Shown here one piece after another: positions 52,362 through 60,582 of a stretch of DNA of 60,582 nt. Source of the stretch: Macrostomum lignano (taxonomy: Eukaryota); NCBI GenBank assembly GCA_002269645.1, contig NIVC01004105.1, forward strand, positions 1 to 60,582. Reading direction: 5' to 3'. The translations under genes and the position numbers were made by a program. The notes beneath the pieces were generated by a model. That model was not told the DNA's origin, did no database searches, and saw only the letters and a list, made by a program, of their open reading frames with translations. Position 1 is the stretch's first letter, and each line of letters begins with the position of its first letter.

Positions 52362-53657
52362 GGCATTCTTTTGTCTTACGATGCCCAAAATTATATCTGT
52401 TTCGTCTTACAATGCCCAAAATTGTATCTGTTTTGTCTTACGATGCCCATGTTAAATAAGCAAGAAGGCTTTAAAAATGTATACTTTATGACAGAAGAGT
52501 GCAGTGTTTCAAAGGTCTTAAATTGAGTCACACAGTTGGTTTGTACTTCTGACTATATTTCCATGGAAATGTCTCAACTCACGCGCTTTAACATTGTGTC
52601 CGCCCTCATTAGCAATTGAAGCTGTCGAGCCATTATAATCCATTTCATTTTATAATGCCTTAGGCCATAGTCAGGAAGGTGGCATGTGTACGCCGGAATG
52701 AAATTCGGGCAGGGCTACCTATGTACGCCAAATGTAACCATATGTATGCCAAATATACCGTAATGCACGCCGAATATAGGCCCTACTGTAATGCACCCAT
52801 GCACGCCGGTTAGTTAATTGTTTATCAGCTTATTAGGACGCTGAATGAAGTAAAAACCTTCCGTTGCAACGAATATTCGACAAGTTTGGTTGTTGTACTA
52901 TACCAACAAGTTTAGTCTTTTTTAATTTGTTTAACTGAAGATGTTAAAATTAAAATGACCATTTTAAATTACTGTAAAGTTTTGGCAGAGATTTGAATAA
53001 GAATATACGGTAGACATAATAGAGAATTAGCACTGCCTCATATGCCAACCTTATATCCCATATCATGCCACATATTTGCAGCGTACATGGCATATGCTGA
53101 ATGTACGCCAACTGTTGCAAGGCAGACCAAATGTACGCCGAATGTACGCCGAATATCTTTGGCTATGCCTATGCACGCCGGAATTTTCGACGAAAAAGGC
53201 CACCTTCCTGACTATGGGCCTTAGGGCCTATGAATAATTACAATATCTGGGGCATCGCAAAACAAAACGGATATTATATTTATAGGCCTGGTGGGTTGGG
53301 TGATTATAAGAATGATCCTAGTGGGCGCTTTGTAGCCATGGCTAAAGAAGCGATAAACCAATTTAAGGACTTGAAGAAACCCCCTTCTCACTTTCGTCTT
53401 ACGATGCCCAGTGTATAATTCTAACACTTGCGGCATCGTAAAACAAAATGGAATATATAGCTTGACTTTCATTAACGAACAACAATCTGTCAAGTATACG
53501 AAATACAAAATACGTGTATAGTCATAAAACAAAAATTATACAGAAACTACACTATCACGCCTATGCCATATGCTTTCTAAGGGCATCAGCCATCATAAAA
53601 CGAACAGGGGCCGTCCCATTGAAATGCATAGCAGGCATTGTAAGACGAAAGAATGCC
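52362..53657. mobile_element. Non-autonomous TIR element with CTTACGATGCCC subterminal motifs; hosts a Harbinger MITE
   Basis: 24-bp inverted ends GGCATTCTTTTGTCTTACGATGCC / GGCATTGTAAGACGAAAGAATGCC (22/24). AAAAAAG flanks both sides (low complexity, weak TSD). Confidence 0.6.
52663..53220. mobile_element. PIF/Harbinger (Tourist-like) MITE, 558 bp
   Basis: TTA|GGCCATAGTCAGGAAGGTGGC...GCCACCTTCCTGACTATGGGCC|TTA, a 3-bp TTA TSD. Internal GTACGCC motifs. Confidence 0.88.
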
Positions 53658-54778
53658 AAAAAAGTACTTGAATTTGTATTACTAATAATGGTCTAAAAAC
53701 TTTAATTTATTAAAATCAGAAAAACCCATTTCTCACATTATTAGAATCTTAGATATCTGTCTTATCCTATCTATGGCATTTTGGGAACTCGGGGTTTTTA
53801 AATGTAGACTATGAGTGTAGTGTAGACCTAGCTGCCTAGTTAGTAAGTTTAAGCTAGTTATTATTCATTTATAGCGATCAAATCAAATCAAATGCTATAA
53901 TAAATTAATAAAATGGTATCAATCGAATTACACAAGAAAATATAAAATAAAGTCGGTTTATAGGCACTGGTCATTGTACTAGCCTTTGGTTATGGCTTAA
54001 GTCTTATCCTCCGACACACATTGTGGCTGAGGCCTTGGTGCGCCGTGCGGGTGCGAGTGGTTTTAACCGCTAAATTAAAGTCATTAAATTGTGTCCTAAA
54101 TTCTAGTTTAGCTAAATGCACTGTTATTGGTGACTAGACCTAGGTATACTAAACGCATACTGGACCGTAACCCTAGTAGTCTAGTTTGGAAGGCTCAGAG
54201 TGACGAGTGAGCTGGCTGGGGTTTGGGAATTGAGTAGAGTAGAGTAAATACGAGCTAATGGACCATGCAAAAAATTTCTGTGAAAAGACATCCTTTTTTA
54301 AATGTGTGCTTCATTCTAACAAAATTCTATGTATAAATTATATAGCACTAATAATAACGCTCACAAATAGGACTTTAAGGAATGGTGCAGTGCTTTAATT
54401 TCATAATATATATTAAAGCAACTACTATAAAGATAGTATTTCGCTGCTGCGATATTTTTAACATCCAAAAGCAAGATCATTTTTAAATAACGCAAAGTTT
54501 CGTGTATGTCGATCACAGACCTAACGACGGACGGCCTTTTGCTTTTGCCCAGCCTCATTTGCTTTGCTCAATAGGTAATTTTTATTTCGAAACACTGTTA
54601 ATAGGGCTTGAATAAGATTTATTATTGTTGCATTTTTGCATTTCCATCTGTTTGCATGTTCATAAAATTTAATTCTCATTACATCGCATTTCAGATCTTC
54701 AGTTTTCGAAAAATCTTGCTATTACGAGCCAAAACTCCGACCTCAATTTTCAGTTGTAAAAACTATACAGGTTTATTA

Positions 54779-56244
54779 ATGAACCAGCAATCAAGAGCTT
54801 CGTCCAGAAGCTCTACACGTAGTCCAAAAGCGATGTACATTATGATGTCGTAAGTCTTGATTTTATGTGTTAGAATTGTATAATAACGACTTATGTACCA
54901 TAAACACGTAATTTATCAGCTAATTGCCCTTCTCCCCGAGTAGAGAGACTCCCCGAGACTACAGCGCCATTGGACAGCTAGGCAAGCAAGAACCGTCATT
55001 ATTTTCTGGCCACCCTGGTCGCCGCAACCAGCTGGTGCCGGATTCCTCTATCCTCCAATTGAAGCGCGCCTCACCGTTTAAACAGGCAGTGCAAGGCTCC
55101 CGGCTGCAGGTCAGGAAGGAGAGTCGCGGGCAGGTGAGTCCGGCAGATTGGTCCGATTGAAATACTCAAAGCTCAGTGGAAACGATTGGCTCAACTTAAT
55201 TCCTTATTCAGTCAGAGAAGCCACCGATGCATCCTGGCGAGGGCTTGATGGCCAAGACCGAGATTTCGGTAGACCGGGTCAGGAAGCAAATCTTGCAAGA
55301 CGAAGAGCCTACAAACCCTGGAAGCCGAAAATCTTCAGGTCGACTTCAAAAGGGACAGTGAGTACTAAAAGGGAAGCATGGCAGAGTGGTACAGCATTGT
55401 TATCCCGGGCGAAACAGTCAGTCGTGGCAACAATTTTATCTTAGATCTCTTGCTTGTTGCCACTAGTCAATGCCTATGAATGTCAAGCTCGATAGTATGC
55501 ATGATTCAAGCCATGTCAATTCCGAGGACCACTGTATATACAGTGGTCCTTGGTCAATTCATGGAAAGATATAGCTGCCGTAAATCCCGTGGTAGTGTGG
55601 TGGAAGACAGAAGAACGCCCTCCACTGGCTGTACATGTAGTTTCCAACTAAAGATGTCGTTGCGCTATTTTCGATCTGCAATATCTGCAATTATACTCCA
55701 TTTTCGCTTTCAGTCTACAACCAATGCGGCTGGCTCGAGTGCACGGGCCCTCCATGCAGCAGTGCTGCGGAATTCTGCCTCGTGAGTTGCTAAAATTCTG
55801 ATTTCCTATGATCAATCTTTGATTGGCCTTCCCGTTTTTGTTCTATCCAGAACTATATTTTGCTTCTATATAGTTTTGAGTCCGATGAAAAGTTTAGAGC
55901 ACATTTTTAAGTGGCCCGCTTGCACCCCAAACCGTGCAGAGAAAGCGGTGAACATTTTCGGCGTGACAGCGACGGTCCAGCGCCACGGTCAGATCATCGC
56001 CAACCTGGACTCGACCCGCCAGATGTACCAGGCCCTCATGAGCCAGTACGCCACGGCTGCGGCGCCGGCTCCGGGCGGGTCAGGCGGGCGCGGCCGGTTC
56101 CGACCTGACACTTCCGAGTCCATGCACCGAACTTCCATCGCCTCCGAGGAGGAGCTCGACGACTCCGGTGATTTTGTCAGCGACGATGAACTCCAGACCG
56201 GCCGTGGCGGCGGCGGCGGCGGCGACAGTTGGCCCTTTGACTAA
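54779..56244 (+). CDS. Candidate multi-exon gene of unknown function
   Basis: Phase-compatible exons 54779-54849, 54944-55133, 55212-55357, ~55527-55636 (uncertain), 55714-55781, 55912-56244, with GTAAGT/GTGAGT donors and short introns. The last exon is GC-rich with an acidic/Gly tail. No family recognised. Confidence 0.45.
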
Positions 56245-57082
56245 CGGCAGTCTCCTAAAGCCTGATGACTCACTGGAATTTGCTGATGTACAGATTCGAC
56301 TTCGTGGGCTGAGAGACGCCTTCAGAAAAAAACTTTTCGTTCACTGCTCAGTAGAGTTAAAAATCAATTCCTGCAATCTTATCTTTGCAGAACAAATGCT
56401 GAAACTGCTGATTTATATTAATGCCTACATGATTCCTGAATCATCTTTTGCTCCACTTTACACCAAGTACAACTGACAGAAGTGCAGATTTATTTACTGT
56501 AAAATCCATGCGTGTCCTAACACACGTGGTTCAAGCGTTTTGTTCTTCATAGATTCTGCATAGAGTAGTAATGATTGAATGGGCGGCGCCTGACAGTTGG
56601 TCACTCACAGCCAAGACCGCCATGAGTGCTCGTCGTATATCTTATAAATTCTCCCATCTTATAGGTGGTGATGGATGCAGCAACCGTGCGACGTTGCCAT
56701 CCAATGCATGCGTAGGTAAACTCTATTTTCAGCAATCTGACAGTTCGCTCGCCTTAAGGTACTTCAGTTTAGTGTAAGCCAGGTACTTTGGCGCTGCCAG
56801 CTAATCAGACGCGCTACTGACCTAATCGGTCCCCTAATTTGAGTCCCCTAACTCATTTTTCACCCAACCATCTATTTTGTCCGAGTGCAGAGTCATTACA
56901 GTCCAGACGTCATTTGTCACGAACCTCACTACACTACTGCACAAGACTGTTCTCACCGCTCATTCTCACTGCGAATCAGGTACGTGTGCAAGCGATTTCT
57001 TTTTTTTTTCGAGAAAGATTGAAATTGTGCGCGAATTCTAAGTGTGAATTTAGCGCTTCATCAGTTTATTTGAATGACAGCC

Positions 57083-60000
57083 TCAGTTGGTATAGAAGGC
57101 GATCTCGCTAATAGAGATGAATTGGCGCTTCTTCCAGAAACTCAGCTCGGCTTTTTTTACCCCATTGGCGACGCAGAAGTCAATCAGCAGGTAGTTGTTT
57201 TTGGTGGCCTTCTTGCCCCTTTTGGAGTCGATGGCGCATTCAAAAGCATTGGGATGGAAGGTGAGTTTTATGTCATACAGCTTATCAATTGGCGATCCGA
57301 CTTTGTTCCAAATCACTACTCTGCGCACGTTGACTGGCACTCGGAAGGCGTATTGGAGAAAGGTGCGCGGATTATACAACCGGTGCTTGACTTGGAACTC
57401 CAAATTGCCCGAGTCGCCGCTCGTTTTCAGGTCGTTATCGATTGTTTGGCGGCACATCTTCACTGCCGTTTCTCCAAAACGCCTCAAAGGATTTTCGCAG
57501 GTTACGTCTGCAACCCTTTCTGAAAAGGATCGGATGGAGTTATTTAACTTGACGCGTTCGACTAGTGAAACACAGCTGCCATGACTTACTCAGGCACTTG
57601 CTGCCCTTGAGAGCGACTTCGGAATCGGGGCACACATCGCGGGTGCACTTCTCTGCACCAGGTTCACTCGAGCTACCAGCAGGACATGCGGTACATTTCG
57701 ATGCTCCAGTTGACGCGAATGTCCCGGCCTTGCAGCTGGTACACTTCTTCGCACCTGGTCCACTTGAGCTACCAGCAGGACATGCGGTACATTTGGATGC
57801 TCCAGTTGACGACGCGAATGTTCCGGCCTTGCAGCTGGTGCACTTCTTCGCACCTGGTCCGCTCGAGCTACCAGCAGGACATGCGATACACTTTGATGCT
57901 CCAGTTGACGCGAATGTCCCGGCCATGCAGCTGGTGCACTTCTTCGCACCTGGTCCGCTCGAGCTACCAGCAGGACATTCGGTACATTTCGATGCTCCAG
58001 TTGACGACGCAAATGTTCCGGACTTGCAGCTGGTACACTTCTTCGCACCTGGTCCGCTCGAGCTACCAGCAGGACATTCGGTACATTTCGATGCTCCAGT
58101 TGACGACGCAAATGTTCCGGACTTGCAGCTGGTACACTTCTTCGCACCTTCGCCACTCGAGCTACCAGCAGGACATTCGGTACATTTCGATGCTCCAGTT
58201 GACGACGCGAATGTCCCGGCCATGCAGCTGGTGCACTTCTTCGCACCTGGTCCGCTCGAGCTACCAGCAGGACATTCGGTGCATTTCGATGCTCCAGTTG
58301 ACGACGCGAATGTTCCGGCCATGCAGCTGGTGCACTTCTTCGCACCTGATCCGCTCGAGCTACCAGCAGGACATTCGGTACATTTCGATGCTCCAGTTGA
58401 CGACGCAAATGTTCCGGCCTTGCAGCTGGTGCACTTCTTCGCACCTGGTCCGCTCGAGCTACCAGCAGGACATTCGGTACATTTCGATGCTCCAGTTGAC
58501 GACGCGAATGTTCCGGACTTGCAGCTGGTGCACTTCTTCGCACCTGATCCGCTCGAGCTACCAGCAGGACATTCGGTGCATTTCGATGCTCCAGTTGACG
58601 ACGCGAATGTTCCGGCCTTGCAGCTGGTGCACTTCTTCGCACCTGATCCGCTCGAGCTACCAGCAGGACATTCGGTACATTTCGATGCTCCAGTTGACGA
58701 CGCAAATGTTCCGGCCTTGCAGCTGGTGCACTTCTTCGCACCTGGTCCACTTGAGCTACCAGCAGGACATTCGGTACATTTCGATGCTCCAGTTGACGAC
58801 GCGAATGTTCCGGACTTGCAGCTGGTGCACTTCTTCGCACCTGGTCCGCTCGAGCTACCAGCAGGACATTCGGTACATTTCGATGCTCCAGTTGACGACG
58901 CAAATGTTCCGGACTTGCAGCTGGTGCACTTCTTCGCACCTGATCCGCTCGAGCTACCAGCAGGACATTCGTACATTTCGATGCTCCAGTTGACGACGCA
59001 AATGTTCCGGCCTTGCAGCTGGTGCACTTCTTCGCACCTGGTCCACTTGAGCTACCAGCAGGACATTCGGTACATTTCGATGCTCCAGTTGACGACGCGA
59101 ATGTTCCGGACTTGCAGCTGGTGCACTTCTTCGCACCTGGTCCGCTCGAGCTACCAGCAGGACATTCGGTACATTTCGATGCTCCAGTTGACGACGCAAA
59201 TGTTCCGGACTTGCAGCTGGTGCACTTCTTCGCACCTGATCCGCTCGAGCTACCAGCAGGACATTCGGTACATTTCGATGCTCCAGTTGACGACGCAAAT
59301 GTTCCGGCCTTGCAGCTGGTGCACTTCTTCGCACCTGGTCCACTTGAGCTACCAGCAGGACATTCGGTGCATTTCGATGCTCCAGTTGACGACGCGAATG
59401 TTCCGGACTTGCAGCTGGTGCACTTCTTCGCACCTGATCGCTCGAGCTACCAGCAGGACATTCGGTACATTTCGATGCTCCAGTTGACGACGCAAATGTT
59501 CCGGACTTGCAGCTGGTGCACTTCTTCGCACCTGATCCGCTCGAGCTACCAGCAGGACATTCGGTACATTTCGATGCTCCAGTTGACGACGCAAATGTTC
59601 CGGCTTTGCAGCTGGTACACTTCTCTGCACCAGGTTCACTCGAGCTACCAGCAGGACATTCGGTACATTTCGATGCTCCAGTTGACGACGCGAATGTTCC
59701 GGCCTTGCAGCTGGTGCACTTCTTCGCACCTGGTCCGCTCGAGCTACCAGCAGGACATTCGGTACATTTCGATGCTCCAGTTGACGACGCAAATGTTCCG
59801 GCCATGCAGCTGGTGCACTTCTCCGCACCTGGTCCACTCGAGCTTCCAGCAGGACATTTTTTGCAGTTGGCTTGACCGGCCTGAGAGGCGAAGCTACCAG
59901 AGGAGCACGGAGCACAGGTCGCGGCGCCAGCGGTCGCAGAGAATCCGGCCTTGCAGCTGGTGCACTTTACCGCACCTTCGACACTCGAGCTGCCAGCGGA

Positions 60001-60582
60001 ACACTTGCTGCAACCTGTTGCTCCGGCTTCACTGGCAAAGTATCCAGCTGAACACGGGGTGCAGCGTCGATGATCCGGTTGCTGAGGCGAATGTCCCGGG
60101 CTTGCAGCTGGTACAACGCGCTGCACCTGGTCCACTCGAGCTGCCTGTCGGACACGGAGTGCAGCCAGTGGATCCTTCCGGCGAGAATGCGCTGAAAGTT
60201 CCTGCCATACAGACGCGGCATTTTCTGTTACCTTCAAAGCTTTTTGCGTTGCCAGCGCTGCATGGAACGCACAGTGTTTTATCTTTGTCGCTAGGCTGGT
60301 AGCCTTTCGGACACTCGGAGAAGCACTGCGCACTTTTGCAGGTGGAAGTGGTGCACGCGATTCGCACTTTGTCGCACTTATCCGCCGTTCCTTTCAGCTG
60401 GTTGTTCTTCGGCGCTCCGTTGTCGAACCATTGTGCACTTGAAAATTCACGAACGTTGCCGACTTTCTGTCCTTGTGGTGGCGTCGAAATTGAAGTAGGA
60501 GAATTCGGAACTCCTGCCGTTGGCCGATACTTGTGGGCTGACTTCCCAGTCTTTTTGCCGTTGGCTAGCAGGTTCTGGTTCT
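57083..60582 (-). CDS. Giant Cys-rich repeat protein B with C-terminal F5/8C / galactose-binding-like domain; 5' partial
   Basis: The frame is open from the window end. Cys repeats continue through ORFs 60029-60367, 58954-60333, 57540-59027 with 1-nt deletions at ~60065, ~59437, ~58970. Donor A|GTAAGT at 57590/57589 (phase 1) and acceptor TTTTCAG| at 57520/57519 give the last exon KRVADVTC...CRQTIDND...VRRVVIWNK...ISISEIAFYTN*. Confidence 0.8.
57645..59850 (-). repeat. 99-bp coding tandem array, ~22 variable copies (CTECPAGSSSGPGAKKCTSCKAGTFASSTGASK)
   Basis: 33-aa periodicity, with K/M, A/S and P/S substitutions and two units lacking a Ser codon. Confidence 0.95.

Overview
Eukaryotic (metazoan) genomic window with GC-rich exons and tandem-repeat-filled introns. 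The style resembles free-living flatworm (Macrostomum-like) assemblies, which is an inference and not a confirmed identification. The centre (13.2-43.6 kb) holds six conserved housekeeping genes, all on the minus strand, whose exon structures I could rebuild by hand. In transcription order they are ZDHHC17, RPP25L, GBE1, MFSD9, DHPS and SNAP29. Each first coding base lies 0-18 nt downstream of a YAG acceptor, and the MFSD9 first coding exon has no in-frame ATG, so the block is a candidate spliced-leader trans-spliced operon. Almost every long intron and spacer carries its own mini- or microsatellite, and several of these share sequence cores. Both window ends encode convergent, apparently paralogous giant Cys-rich repeat proteins (345-bp x ~26 and 99-bp x ~22 coding arrays) that end, after a phase-1 intron, in a related lectin-like terminal domain. 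The 43.7-54 kb region is an AT-rich DNA-transposon zone with two hAT MITEs, a near-intact mariner, a PIF/Harbinger MITE nested in another TIR element, and long inverted repeats. A candidate orphan multi-exon gene lies at 54.8-56.2 kb (+). Scattered 1-nt deletions in homopolymer runs look like long-read consensus errors. Exon coordinates were counted manually; repeat boundaries and copy numbers are approximate.
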